Shown: positions 25,601 to 39,292, counted from the stretch's first letter. The stretch: 64,000 nucleotides of DNA from Eledone cirrhosa (GCA_964016885.1 OZ024740.1:435612001-435676000), one strand, 5' to 3'. Notes: generated from the letters alone by a model not told the origin. Translations and numbers: made by a program.

Positions 25601-28600
25601 CCAGCTACAGTATAAGATATTAATGATACCAGCTACAGTATAATATTAATGATACCAGCTACAGTATAATATTAATGATACCAGCTACAGTATAAGATAT
25701 TAATGATACCAGTTACAGTATAAGATATTAATGATACCAACTACAGTATAAGATATTAATGATACCAGCTACAGTATAAGATATTAATGATACCAGCTAC
25801 AGTATAAGATATTAATGATACCAGCTACAGTATAAGATATTAATGATACCAGCTACAGTATAAGATATTAATGATACCAGCTACAGTATAAGATATTAAT
25901 GATACCAGCTACAGTATAAGATATTAATGATACCAGCTACAGTATAATATTAATGATACCAGCTACAGTATAAGATATTAATGATACCAACTACAGTATA
26001 AGGTATTAATGATACCAGCTACAGTATAACATATTAATGATACCAGGTACAGTATAAGATATTAATGATACCAACTACAGTATGAGATATTAATGATACC
26101 AGCTACAGTATAAGATATTAATGATACCAGCTACAGTATAAGATATTAATGATACCAGCTACAGTATAAGATATTAATGATACCAGCTACAGTATAATAT
26201 TAATGATACCAGCTACAGTATAAGATATTAATGATACCAACTACAGTATAATATTAATGATACCAGCTACAGTATAATATTAATGATACCAGCTACAGTA
26301 TAAGATATTAATGATACCAGCTACAGTATAATATTAATGATACCAGCTACAGTATAAGATATTAATGATACCAGCTACTGTATAAGATATTAATGATACC
26401 AACTACAGTATAAGATATTAATGATACCAGCTACAGTATAATATTAATGATACCAGTTACAGTATAAGATATTAATGATACCAACTACAGTATAAGATAT
26501 TAATGATACCAGCTACAGTATAGTATTAATGATACCAGCTACAGTATAATATTAATGATACCAGCTACAGTATAAGATATTAATGATACCAGCTACAGTA
26601 TAATATTAATGATACCAGCTACAGTATAAGATATTAATGATACCAACTACAGTATAAGATATTAATGATACCAGCTACAGTATAAGATATTAATGATACC
26701 AGTTACAGTATAAGATATTAATGATACCAACTACAGTATAAGATATTAATGATACCAGCTACAGTATAAGATATTAATGATACCAACTACAGTATAAGAT
26801 ATTAATGATACCAGCTACAGTATAAGATATTAAAGATACCAGCTACAGTATGATATTAATGATACCAGCTACAGTATGATATTAATGATACCAGCTACAG
26901 TATAATATTAATGATACCAGCTACAGTATAATATTAATGATACCAGCTACAGTATAAGATATTAATGATACCAGCTACAGTATAAGATATTAATGATACC
27001 AGCTACAGTATGATATTAATGATACCAGCTACAGTATAAGATATTAATGATACCAGCTACAGTATAAGATATTAATGATATCAGTTACAGTATAAGATAT
27101 TAATGATACCAACTACAGTATAATATTAATGATACCAACTACAGTATAAGATATTAATGATACCAGCTACAGTATAAGATATTAAAGATACCAGCTACAG
27201 TATAAGATATTAATGATACCAACTACAGTATAAGATATTAATGATACCAGTTACAGTATAAGATATTAATGATACCAACTACAGTATAAGATATTAATGA
27301 TACCAGCTACAGTATAAGATATTAATGATACCAACTACAGTATAATATTAATGATACCAACTACAGTATAAGATATTAATGATACCAGCTACAGTATAAG
27401 ATATTAATGATACCAGCTACAGTATAAGATATTAATGATACCAGCTACAGTATAAGATATTAATGATACCAGCTACAGTATAAGATATTAATGATACCAG
27501 CTACAGTATAAGATATTAATGATACCAGCTACAGTATAAGATATTAATGATACCAGCTACAGTATAAGATATTGATACCAGTTACAGTATAAGATATTAA
27601 TGATACCAGCTACAGTATAATATTAATGATACCAGCTACAGTATAAGATATTAAAGATACCAGCTACAGTATAAGATATTAATGATACCAGCTACAGTAT
27701 AATATTAATGATACCAGCTACAGTATAATATTAATGATACCAGCTACAGTATAAGATATTAATGATACCAGCTACAGTATAAGATATTAATGATACCAGC
27801 TACAGTATAAGATATTAATGATACCAGCTACAGTATGAGATATTAATGATACCAGTTACAGTATAAGATATTAATGATACCAGCTACAGTATAATATTAA
27901 TGATACCAGCTACAGTATAAGGTATTAATGATACCAGCTACAGTATAATATTAATGATACCAGCTACAGTATAAGATATTAATGATACCAGCTACAGTAT
28001 AAGATATTAATGATACCAGCTACAGTATAAGATATTAATGATACCAGCTACTGTATAAGATATTAATGATACCAGCTACAGTATAAGATATTAATGATAC
28101 CAGCTACAGTATAAGATATTAATGATACCAGCTACAGTATAAGATATTAATGATACCAGCTACAGTATAAGATATTAATGATACCAGCTACTGTATAAGA
28201 TATTAATGATACCAGCTACAGTATAAGATATTAATGATACCAGCTACAGTATAATATTAATGATACCAGCTACAGTATAAGATATTAATGATACCAGCTA
28301 CAGTATAAGATATTAATGATACCAGCTACAGTATAAGATATTAATGATACCAGCTACTGTATAAGATATTAATGATACCAGCTACAGTATAAGATATTAA
28401 TGATACCAGCTACAGTATAAGATATTAATGATACCAGCTACAGTATAAGATATTAATGATACCAGCTACAGTATAAGATATTAATGATACCAGCTACAGT
28501 ATAAGATATTAATGATACCAGCTACTGTATAAGATATTAATGATACCAGCTACAGTATAAGATATTAATGATACCAGCTACAGTATAAGATATTAATGAT

Positions 28601-28733
28601 ACCAGCTACAGTATAAGATATTAATGATACCAGCTACAGTATAAGATATTAATGATACCAGCTACAGTATAAGATATTAATGATACCAGCTACAGTATAA
28701 GATATTAATGATACCAGCTACAGTATAAGATAT
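22642..28733. repeat. 28-bp minisatellite, ~220 copies
   Basis: Unit gatattaatgataccagctacagtataa with 26-bp variants. Confidence 0.95.
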
Positions 28734-29144
28734 ACACACTCGCAGCAGACAGAGGCAAATGATCAGAGCAGGTTGGTCTTATCAATGACCACCCAATACA
28801 TATATATATATATTAGTAATATATATATTACTAATATATATATATATATGTTAGTAATATATATATATATATTACTAATATAAACACATGTTGATGTGTT
28901 ACACTGAAACGAAAATAACTTCCTTGTGTATAAAACATAGTTTCATCAACCGACTGTAATCCTGATACCATTAAATGTTAGCTCTATCATAAATTAATTA
29001 AGAGTAATGATGTGTGATAATTAGTCTCCTTCACCTGATAAATTGCTAGAATCGTTAGAACATGAAACAAAATACCTGCAGTATTTAGTTGAAGGTGTTT
29101 TACATTCTCAATTAATATTCTTTACCTTGGAAGGATAAAAGGTA

Positions 29145-29446
29145 CTCTCAGGTCTCAAATAATTGCCCCCTCCCCCCGCTTATTTTCACTAATCTATCTC
29201 TGGCGAAATTTTATTTCAAGGGGTAACATTTCTGCGACAATTTTCCTTATACATTAAACATACATGACAAAAAAGTACATTACTAGAAATCCCATATGTT
29301 ATAAGATAAATAGGATGGGTTGGGGGTTCTATATGTAAACTAAACGACTAGTTTTGGTTTTTAAGAAAATCAACGGAGACAGTCTAGAAAAATTACCGCC
29401 CCCTCCCGCTTATCTCCCCACCCCTCTATTATTTGGAACCCAAGAG
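29145..29446. mobile_element. MITE, Tc1/mariner-pogo type
   Basis: Imperfect TIRs ctctcaggtctcaaataat / attatttggaacccaagag flanked by TA on both sides (29143-44, 29447-48). Confidence 0.65.
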
Positions 29447-30440
29447 TATGTGTTGGAAGTAGGGTGATAAAGTACCAGTCAAAGTACTGGGTCAATATTT
29501 CTAGAAAGCTTTCTAGATGTCAATGGAATTATAATACAAGACGTAAGGATGTCAGGTTTTTTTCTATTATTTTCAGACGTACTTTAAATATATATCAAAA
29601 TTATATATCATTCATTTGTATCGGCTGCTGATATCTTTGAAAGATATAAGGATAGATTGTGTCTTTGTCATTTCGATAAGTAAGATTTTATTTTTAAAAG
29701 ACTATCAACTGTTGAATCACTCAATATTGTATGTTGTGTGAACCTATAATTCGTGATTGAGTATTAGGGGTGCCGTAGTGACATACAGCATGTTTTGGGC
29801 ATTTTAAAAACCTTGCAGACCCATCCCCTCTCCAGGTTTGAAGACAGTCGATTTTTTTCAGTGAAGGAAAGGAAAAGAGAGCGTGTGTAATAGAGAGAAA
29901 GAGTCGACCTCAGTACTGGACTAGAACAGTTTTATCGACCTGGAAAGGACAAATGGTAAATTTGACCTCAATATTGGATGTTGTGTGTAAATGGTTGTTA
30001 AAATAGGTCAGTGGGTTTAAATGAAGACACTGTCAGCTGCATGGGTGCAGACAACATTGAGCTTAAGAAACACTGTAACTATGTAAGTCTGGGTTCAACC
30101 CCTTGTGTGATACCTTGGCTAAAGTGTTTTCTACCATAACTTCCGGTTGACTAATACTTTGTAAGTTGAATTCATAAGACAGAAACATTACAGAAGCCCA
30201 TCGTGTGTGTGTACGTGTGTGTGTGTGCGTGCAATGAAAAACATACAAGATAAAAAAAGTGTCTTATGATATTTGTTCTGCACCAAGTTAAATATACTCC
30301 CTCAATATTGGTACCACCAGAAGTACAATGAACCAGAGACTGGCCTATCTATTACCAAAATTCTTTAGTTACCAAATTGTGATATAAAATAAGTATATAT
30401 GCCTGTAAGTCGGTATCTGAGGTACTTCATCATTTAATTA

Positions 30441-30701
30441 GAAACAGCATCACCGCTGCTCTCAGAGGAAAGGAAGGTAGTGAAATACCGGGGGGCTCTG
30501 GCCAACCTCCATGTACCCGTCTCCATTGAGTCATCTGGTGTCCCTGGTCCCTACACTGCTGATTTCCTCTGTAAAGTCGAAAAGTCATCGGCTTCTCTGA
30601 AGAGGGAGCCCTGTCAGGTGGGGTGGCTGTTGCAGCAGGTGTCTCTGGCCATTCTCCAAGGTAATGCTTTTGCTGTTTTGTCTGCAGAGACTGGGGTGTA
30701 G
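30441..30701 (+). mobile_element. 3' fragment of a CRE-like (restriction-like endonuclease) non-LTR retrotransposon
   Basis: EERKVVKYRG...VPVSIESSGVPGP...FL...REPCQVGWLLQQVSLAILQGNAFAVL* resembles the recalled CRE-clade C-terminus (ExxKxxKY...PxAxETxG...QRxSxAxxRGNA). Confidence 0.7.
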
Positions 30702-33214
30702 TGTCTGTCTGGGGTGGGGGGTGTAGTGTCTGTCTGGGGTGGGGGGTGTAGTGTCTGCCTGGGGTGGGGGGTGTAGTGTCCGTCTGGGGTGGGGGGTGTA
30801 GTGTCCGTCTGGGGTGGGGGTGGAGTGTCCGTCTGGGGTGGGGGGTGGAGTGTCCGTCTGGGGTGGGGGGGTGTAGTGTCCGTCTGGGATGGGGGGTGTA
30901 GTGTCCGTCTGGGGTGGGGGGTGTAGTGTCCGTCTGGGGTGGGGGGTGTAGTGTCCGTCTGGGGCGGGGGGTGTAGTGTCCGTCTGGGGCGGGGGGTGTA
31001 GTGTCCGTCTGGGGCGGGGGGTGTAGTGTCCGTCTGGGGTGGGGGGTGTAGTGTCTGTCTGGGGTGGTGTGACTGGGGTGTAGTGTCCGTCTGGGGAGGT
31101 GTGACTGGGGTGTAGTGTCTGGGGAGGTGTGACTGGGGTGTAGTGTCCGTCTGGGGAGGTGTGACTGGGGTGTAGTGTCCGTCTGGGGAGGTGTGACTGG
31201 GGTGTAGTGTCTGGGGAGGTGTGACTGGGGTGTAGTGCCCGTCTGGGGAGGTGTGACTGGGTGTAGTGTCTGGGGAGGTGTGACTGGGGTGTAGTGCCCG
31301 TCTGGGGAGGTGTGACTGGGTGTAGTGTCTGGGGAGGTGTGACTGGGGTGTAGTGTCTGTCTGGGGAGGTGTGACTGGGTGTAGTGTCCGTCTGGGGAGG
31401 TGTGACTGGGTGTAGTGTCTGTCTGGGGAGGTGTGACTGGGGTGTAGTGTCCGTCTGGGGAGGTGTGACTGGGGTGTAGTGTCTGGGGAGGTGTGACTGG
31501 GTGTAGTGTCTGGGGAGGTGTGACTGGGGTGTAGTGCCCGTCTGGGGAGGTGTGACTGGGTGTAGTGTCTGGGGAGGTGTGACTGGGGTGTAGTGTCCGT
31601 CTGGGGAGGTGTGACTGGGGTGTAGTGTCTGGGGAGGGGTGACTGGGGTGTAGTGCCCGTCTGGGGAGGTGTGACTGGGGTGTAGTGTCCGTCTGGGGAG
31701 GTGTGACTGGGGTGTAGTGCCCGTCTGGGGAGGTGTGACTGGGGTGTAGTGTCTGGGGAGGTGTGACTGGGGTGTAGTGTCCGTCTGGGGAGGTGTGACT
31801 GGGGTGTAGTGTCCGTCTGGGGAGGTGTGACTGGGGTGTAGTGCCCGTCTGGGGAGGTGTGACTGGGGTGTAGTGCCCGTCTGGGGAGGTGTGACTGGGG
31901 TGTAGTGTCTGGGGAGGTGTGACTGGGGTGTAGTGCCCGTCTGGGGAGGTGTGACTGGGGTGTAGTATCTGGGGAGGTGTGACTGGGGTGTAGTGCCCGT
32001 CTGGGGAGGTGTGACTGGGTGTAGTGTCTGGGGAGGTGTGACTGGGGTGTAGTGTCCGTCTGGGGAGGTGTGACTGGGGTCTAGTGTCCGTCTGGGGAGG
32101 TGTGACTGGGGTGTAGTGTCTGTCTGGGGAGGTGTGACTGGGGTGTAGTGTCCGTCTGGGGAGGTGTGACTGGGGTGTAGTGTCCGTCTGGGGAGGTGTG
32201 ACTGGGGTGTAGTGTCTGGGGAGGTGTGACTGGGGTGTAGTGTCCGTCTGGGGAGGTGTGACTGGGGTGTAGTGTCCGTCTGGGGAGGTGTGACTGGGGT
32301 GTAGTGTCTGTCTGGGGAGGTGTGACTGGGGTGTAGTGTCTGTCTGGGGAGGTGTGACTGGGGTGTAGTGTCCGTCTGGGGAGGTGTGACTGGGGTGTAG
32401 TGTCTGTTTGGGGAGGTGTGACTGGGGTGTAGTGTCTGTCTGGGGAGGTGTGACTGGGGTGTAGTGTCTGGGGAGATGTGACTGGGGTGTAGTGTCTGTC
32501 TGGGGAGGTGTGACTGGGGTGTAGTGTCTGTCTGGGGAGGTGTGACTGGGGTGTAGTGTCTGTCTGGGGAGGTGTGACTGGGGTGTAGTGTCTGTCTGGG
32601 GAGGTGTGACTGGGGTGTAGTGTCTGTCTGGGGAGGTGTGACTGGGGTGTAGTGTCTGTCTGGGGAGGTGTGACTGGGGTGTAGTGTCTGTCTGGGGAGG
32701 TGTGACTGGGGTGTAGTGTCTGTCTGGGGAGGTGTGACTGGGGTGTAGTGTCCGTCTGGGGAGGTGTGACTGGGGTGTAGTGTCCGTCTGGGGAGGTGTG
32801 ACTGGGTGTAGTGTCCGTCTGGGTGTAGTGTCTGGGGAGGTGTGACTGGGGTGTAGTGTCTGTCTGGGGAGGTGTGACTGGGGTGTAGTGTCTGTCTGGG
32901 GAGGTGTGACTGGGTGTAGTGTCTGGGGAGGTGTGACTGGGGTGTAGTGTCTGGGGAGGTGTGACTGGGGTGTAGTGTCTGTCTGGGGAGGTGTGACTGG
33001 GGTGTAGTGTCTGTCTGGGGAGGTGTGACTGGGGTGTAGTGTCTGTCTGGGGAGGTGTGACTGGGGTGTAGTGTCCGTCTGGGGAGGTGTGACTGGGGTG
33101 TAGTGTCTGGGGAGGTGTGACTGGGGTGTAGTGTCTGTCTGGGGAGGTGTGACTGGGGAGGTGTGACTGGGGTGTAGTGTCCGTCTGGGGAGGTGTGACT
33201 GGGGTGTAGTGTCT
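30689..33214 (+). repeat. Bipartite G-rich minisatellite (25-26 bp block, then 28/32-bp block)
   Basis: ggggtggggggtgtagtgtccgtct to ~31060, then ggggaggtgtgactggggtgtagtgtccgtct. Confidence 0.95.
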
Positions 33215-33789
33215 ATCATAATTATGAGACTTATCCTATTACTTTCTCTGAATTAAAAGGAAGTTCAGTGGATATTCCATGTGAGGTATGTTGAGGTGTG
33301 TGACTGCTGTTGTATAACATTGAGGGGGGTTGGTTGTGTGATTTAACACACATACACACACACATAGACACAGTCACACACATACAGACACACGCACAAG
33401 TTTTATTTGTATTTTTAAGGCCACTTTATACTAAATGACATTGAGTATTTGTAGGGTAAGTAATCTAACTGATCAATATTTTAATACCAATACAGTTCTG
33501 CTGGTTTATCAATATTGTCTCTCAAAGCCAGTGCAGTTTCAAAGAGGACATTGTATGGAGGCAGAGCTCCTTGGAAATGTGAGAGAGAGTTCCTCTTCCT
33601 CTTTTCCACTTCTTGCTCTCACATTTGTTTTATCCTTTACTCACTCTCACTCTTTCTCTTTCTCTCTGTATATATATATATATTTTGAAAATATTCTTAA
33701 TATATATATCCCTACCGCCCTGTGTATATAACTCTAATATTATATTTCTTCATTGTTGTTTGGTTTGTTTTTCTGTTTATTTTTAAATG

Positions 33790-33832
<43 letters not shown>

Positions 33833-34499
33833 TTCGTTTCTGAATTTGTTTAGCAAGATTCTTTATCTGAAAATGAACTCCAACCAAAATTAAATAGAAA
33901 ACATGAATGGAACAGCAACATCACAACTTACAATTAAGGACAAAATGAAAACACACACACACACACATAGAACCACCAACCAACCAGTAACATGTAAATA
34001 AACAAATAAATAAACAAATATAAACACACACAGACATCCAGATGTAACACATGCGCAAACTAAGTACACAACACACACAAAAACAAGATGGCGTAGGACA
34101 GAACAAAGGAGAGGCACAAAAAAACAAAACAAAGAAAAGAATCCCCAGTCACTGAAGAGGTCACAGAATGTGTGACGAAAGAACTTTGACAATATATGAA
34201 CCATCCGGTTGTGGAACCAACCAACCAACCGGAAATTTATAAATTCTTAAATTTATAAATTTAATTTATAATAAATTGGAGTGAAAGCAACTGGAGCATG
34301 TGTTTCTTATTGGCAACATGACCCTCCCAAAGTATAACAATATATATATATACATACATATATATATATATATATATTATTCATGCATACAAATTTCTGT
34401 TTGTCTTTCTACATTTGTTTCTCTTTCACCCTACTCTCTGTTTCTAGAAAGTCTTCATCTCTAAGACTCCTAACTCAACTAACCATCACTTATTATCCA

Positions 34500-34570
34500 A
34501 CCTATACATTCACCTTTGATGAGGTGTGCTGCACCTGAACACTGTACACAATAATTTTCATCATTATTAT
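34500..34570 (+). mobile_element. CR1-group LINE 3' tail remnant
   Basis: cacctttgatgag...tgcacctgaacactgtacacaataattttcatcattattat is the reverse complement of 53340-53395. Confidence 0.65.
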
Positions 34571-34714
34571 AACCTGTTATATGTCTTAAGACATCCATAT
34601 CAGACCATCACTGTTGGCTTTCATAAACATTAAATCATAGTTTGCCCTCTTCATGGTCATGAATTGAAAGAGTTGTTAGTTGTCATCCTAAAATACTCCC
34701 TACTATTTCTTCTG

Positions 34715-34815
34715 GCTCTCAGCAATCTGGGTTCAAATCCTGCCAAAGTCGACTTTATTTTTCATAATTTTAAGGTGAATAAAAAAAGTACCAGTCAAGT
34801 ACTGGGGTTGATTCT
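34715..34815 (+). mobile_element. SINE family B fragment
   Basis: gggttcaaatcctgccaaagtcgactttatttttcat...aaagtaccagtcaagtactggggttg. Confidence 0.65.
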
Positions 34816-35169
34816 TCCTTTAATATCCATTTCTCACTTCCTTTCCATCACTCTCTCTCTCAAAGAAATCAGCTGTATTCAGACATGGAGAGCGGATAAG
34901 TTCCACCAGGTTTAAAATACCCAAGAAATCATCATTTAATGTCCACTTTCCCTGCTAGCAAGGGTTGGATAGATCTACATAGACTTAGTACTATAGTAGG
35001 GCTACTGACTTTCCAGATAGGTTGAGGGATCTGTATCTCGCTTAAATACTGTTTCACATTCTACCAAATCCACAGGGGAGGTTGCCATATCTTTAACACA
35101 ACTGAAGGGGTCTCCCAACCATTTGTTTGGTGTATATATATATATATAACTATTAGGTATATATATATA

Positions 35170-35763
35170 ATCATCATCATTTTACGTCTGCTTTTCCCTG
35201 CTTTCAAGGGTGGGACGGGTCTTATTCAGCACAGCATCTCTCCACTTGTCACGGTCCTTCGTCATCTCCACAGTGAACCTCAGCGATCTGAGGTCTGTTC
35301 TCACCACCTCCGCCCATGTTTTTCGTGGTCTACCTCTACCACGTCTTCCTTCAACTGGCAATTCCTGGCACTTCTTCACCCATCGGTCATCCTCCATGCG
35401 CATCACATGTCCATACCACCTCAGTCTCCTCTCCCGTACACTACATTCTATCCCTCTCAGACACAGTTTCTCTCTCAACACATTTATGCTCGATCGTACA
35501 CGCACATTTACACTGCACATCCAACGGAGCATGCTGGCCTCATTTCTCTCCAGCCGTCGCATATCCTCTGCAGTTGCTGCCCATGTCTCACTACCATGCA
35601 GCATCGCGCTCCTCACACAGGCATCACACAAACGGCCTTTCGTACGCAGAGAGAAACCATTCTTCGTCAGCAGAGGAAGCAGCTCCCTAAACTTCTTCCA
35701 ACCCATCCTTATTCTAGATACTATGGCCTCGGAACACCCTCCTCCCATACTAATCTGATCTCC
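35170..35763 (-). mobile_element. RTE LINE 3' fragment (post-RT domain plus (CAT)n tail)
   Basis: [12 protein letters not shown]...AMLHGSETW...LERNEASMLRWMC...[10 protein letters not shown]...GRGRPRKTW. Confidence 0.92.
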
Positions 35764-35777
35764 ATATATATATGTAT

Positions 35778-36180
35778 ATCATCATCATCATCATCATCAG
35801 GTTTAGCGTCCGTGTTCCACGCTTGCATGGGTTTGGACGGGGGTTTTCCCACTTGAGGCAAGAGTGGTTGTCTTGCTCGCATAGGACTGTCTGGCGGGTT
35901 TTCTACAGTTGGATGCCCTTCCTAACACCAACCACATTTACAGTGTGGGGCTGGGAGGTTTTTACCGTGTTGCCTACACGGCCACATTACAGCGTGGACT
36001 GTCTGGCGGGTTTTCTACAGCTGGATGCCCTTCCTAACACCAACCACATCTACAGTGTGGGGCTGGGAGGTTTTTACCGTGTTGCCTACACGGCCACATT
36101 TACAGCGTGGACTGTGTGTTTTTTTGTCGTGACACCTACACGATCTCATTTGTTTCGGCCTGGATGTTGTGGGACCAACA
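35778..36180 (-). mobile_element. RTE-tailed SINE-like element (family D) with an internal 112-bp duplication
   Basis: (ATC)n tail, tttagcgtccgtgttccacgcttgcatggg, ttttctacagttggatgcccttcctaacaccaaccac; 35884-35995 repeated at 35996-36108. Confidence 0.75.
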
Positions 36181-36259
36181 TAACTTTACATTGAAAGGGG
36201 CGGTGTGGATGGGGTGGAGGTGGTGGGACGGGGCGGGGGGGGGGGGGGGGTTGATAGAG

Positions 36260-37990
36260 ATGCCTACTGACTATAGTAGGTTTTTACTTTGTATTTAGGT
36301 AAGGCGGGTCTTCTCTATTACTGAGTACCGCGAAAGGTCTCGGTCCAGTGACATTGTCTTGGAGAGGTGTAAGCGTGTGAGGTCGGAATTTATCAGCTCG
36401 TCCCATGTTTTTCTGGGTCTGCCTACTCCGTGGCTACCGTCTATCTTTATTGCCCTGCACTTTGTTATACAGCTGTCGTCTTTCATGCGCATCACGTGAC
36501 CGTACCAACGTAGCCTTCTCTCGAGTAAACAACATCTGATCCCTCTTATTTCTAATTTTTTCCTTAGTTCGTTTATGCTTTGCCGTTCACGTATATTACT
36601 ATTGCACATCCAGCGGAGCATGCAAGCTTCGTTCCTCTCTAGTCTGCGTATATCCTCTGCACACAATGCCCAGGTCTCACTGCCATGCAGCATTGCTGTT
36701 CGTATGCAGGCATTGTATAACCTGCCTTTCATTTTTAGGGAGAACCCTCTAGCGGCTAATAGTGGTATAAGCTCTCTGAACTTTTTCCATCCAGTTCTGA
36801 CTCTAGCTACTGTACTTTCAGAGCACCCTCCCCCACTGCTGATTTTGTCACCCAGGTAACGGAAGCTGTCCACTATTTCTATAGAAACCTCTGCGCAGTT
36901 GAAGGAGCTAGTATTTTGTGGGCACTTGCTGCTACTTATTGCACCAGAGCACCGGCCACATGTAAAATCTATGTTCTTAGTTAGCTTACCTGTGATCCCA
37001 CTACATCTTTTATGCACCCATACTTTGCATTTGGGACATAAAATGGAGTTTCTACCTACGCCTTTCCTACACACTGAGCATGGCCATTTCCCAGATGGGA
37101 CTGCCGCCTTATTTTCTTTCCTACAAACTAGAACTTTAGTCTTAGCCAGGTTAATTTTAAGGCCTTTTGATTCTAGGCCGTGCTTCCATGTTTGGAATTT
37201 CTTCTCTAGTTCGGTCATTGATTCAGCTATGAGCGTTAGATCATCTGCGTATAGGAGTTCCCATGGGCAGCCGGTCTTGAACTCCTCTGTTATAGCCTGA
37301 AGGGCAATATTAAATAGTAGGGGGCTAAGAACAGAGCCCTGATGGACACCAACTTTTACGCTAAACTCTTCACTATATTCGTTGTTAATTCTAACCTTAC
37401 TGACTGTTTCTTTATACATGGCTTGTATAGCTCTCACAAGCCATTCGTCTATACCTAGTTTTCTAAGAGACCACCAGATAATGGAACGGGGGACTCTGTC
37501 GAAGGCTTTCTCCAAGTCGACGAAAGCTAAGTATAGGGGTTTACTTTTAGCTAGGTACTTCTCCTGTAGTTGTCGTACAATGAAAAGAGCGTCTGTGGTA
37601 CTTTTGCCTGACACAAATCCGAACTGCATTTCATCTAGATCAATTCTCTCTCTGATTAGTTGTGCTATTACTTTTTCCGTGACCTTCATGACCTGGTCGA
37701 TTAATTTAATGCCTCTATAGTTACTCCTATCTAGGGCATCTCCTTTTCCCTTATAGCAGTTAACGATGATGCTGCTACGCCAGCCCTTCGGAACAACCCC
37801 ATTCTGTACGACTTGGTTAACTATCCGGGTGACCATGGTGTGTCCCACCGAACCAGATGCCTTCAGCATCTCAGCAACTATTTCCGAAGGACCAGCCGCC
37901 TTACCCGTCTTCATATCTTTGATTGCCTTGCTTATTGTACTACCCTGGACTAATACTGCTGGTCCCTCTATTGGGTCGATGTGGGGGAGA
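36260..37990 (-). mobile_element. 5'-truncated RTE LINE with intact RT frame (~565 aa)
   Basis: [54 protein letters not shown], Cys/His finger [31 protein letters not shown]; the N-terminal YIYI part of the ORF is (TA)n read-through. Confidence 0.95.
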
Positions 37991-37991
37991 C

Positions 37992-37997
37992 TATATA

Positions 37998-38089
<92 letters not shown>

Positions 38090-38141
38090 TATATATATAT
38101 ATGTATATACACATATATATATATATATATGTATATACACA

Positions 38142-38173
<32 letters not shown>

Positions 38174-38177
38174 CACA

Positions 38178-38270
<93 letters not shown>
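37992..38270. repeat. (TA)n microsatellite with TG/CA interruptions
   Basis: Direct; similar tracts at 39245-39364 and 39871-40052. Confidence 0.95.
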
Positions 38271-38273
<3 letters not shown>

Positions 38274-39246
38274 CGCTGATGATTCCAAGCTCCAAAAGGT
38301 CATCAATGGCGTGGATGACCGGATAAGCCTTCAGTCAGACCTACTGGCTGTTACCCAATGGGCAGAAAAGAACAACATGTTACTGAACGAAGACAAATTC
38401 GAACTGATCCACTTTGGAAAAGAGGATGCTCTGAAACTCCCGTACTCCCTTCCCTCCGGGGAAACTCTCGTGGCATCTAACAACATCAGAGACTTGGGAG
38501 TAACCGTGGACAGCAACATAAGCTGGACCACGCATATAAGCAGCAAAGTTGACATGGCCGGCAGAATGTGTTCCTGGATCCTCAGAACCTTCCAGTCGAG
38601 AGATTCCCGCACCATTATCCTTCTCTTCTCTACTTTTGCCCGACCACACCTTGAATACTGTTGTCCACTGTGGTCTCCCCACACGAAACAAAGTATCATG
38701 AAACTTGAAGCTCCTCAAAGGGCAATCACGAAAAAGATAGATGGCATGTCAGACCTTGACTACTGGGGTCGATTAGAAAACCTGAAACTTTACTCACTCC
38801 AACGTCGCCGTGAGCGTTATATTATCTGCATGATGTGGAAAATGTTCCATCATCACTGCCCAAATGATGTTGGCATCGCCTTCAAGATACACCCAAGGCT
38901 TGGGCCCCGTGCTATCCGTCCCATTCAAAAATCTAAATCGCAACTCATAACAACAATACGGCACAATTATTTCACCTCAATCGGCCCTGCTCTCTTCAAC
39001 ATCACACCAGGACACGTCAAAACAGAAACTGACCACACAAAATTCAAGAAGTCTTTGGACAAATTCCTCCAAGTAATCCCGGACAAACCACCCACACCCG
39101 GATATGTCTCCGCAAACAGTAATTCTCTACTCGAATGGGCCATGGTGCCCAAATCCTGAATTGAAAGACTTCGCCAGGTGGTGCTATTAAGTTAGACATG
39201 GCCTGGGCCAATGCTGGCCAAAACATTTCAAAGTTATTCAAAGTTA
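38271..39246 (+). mobile_element. 5'-truncated CR1/L2-group LINE with open frame
   Basis: FADDSKL...LQSDL...RDLGVTVD...[14 protein letters not shown]...[11 protein letters not shown]...FKKSLDKFL; stop at 39159; 3' tail ttcaaagtta x2. Confidence 0.92.
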
Positions 39247-39261
39247 TATATGTATATACAC

Positions 39262-39292
<31 letters not shown>

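Noticed and set aside
30430-33219. 929-aa Pro/Thr/His-rich mucin-like ORF
   Set aside because: Antisense read of a G-rich array with 28/32-bp units that cycles through frames.
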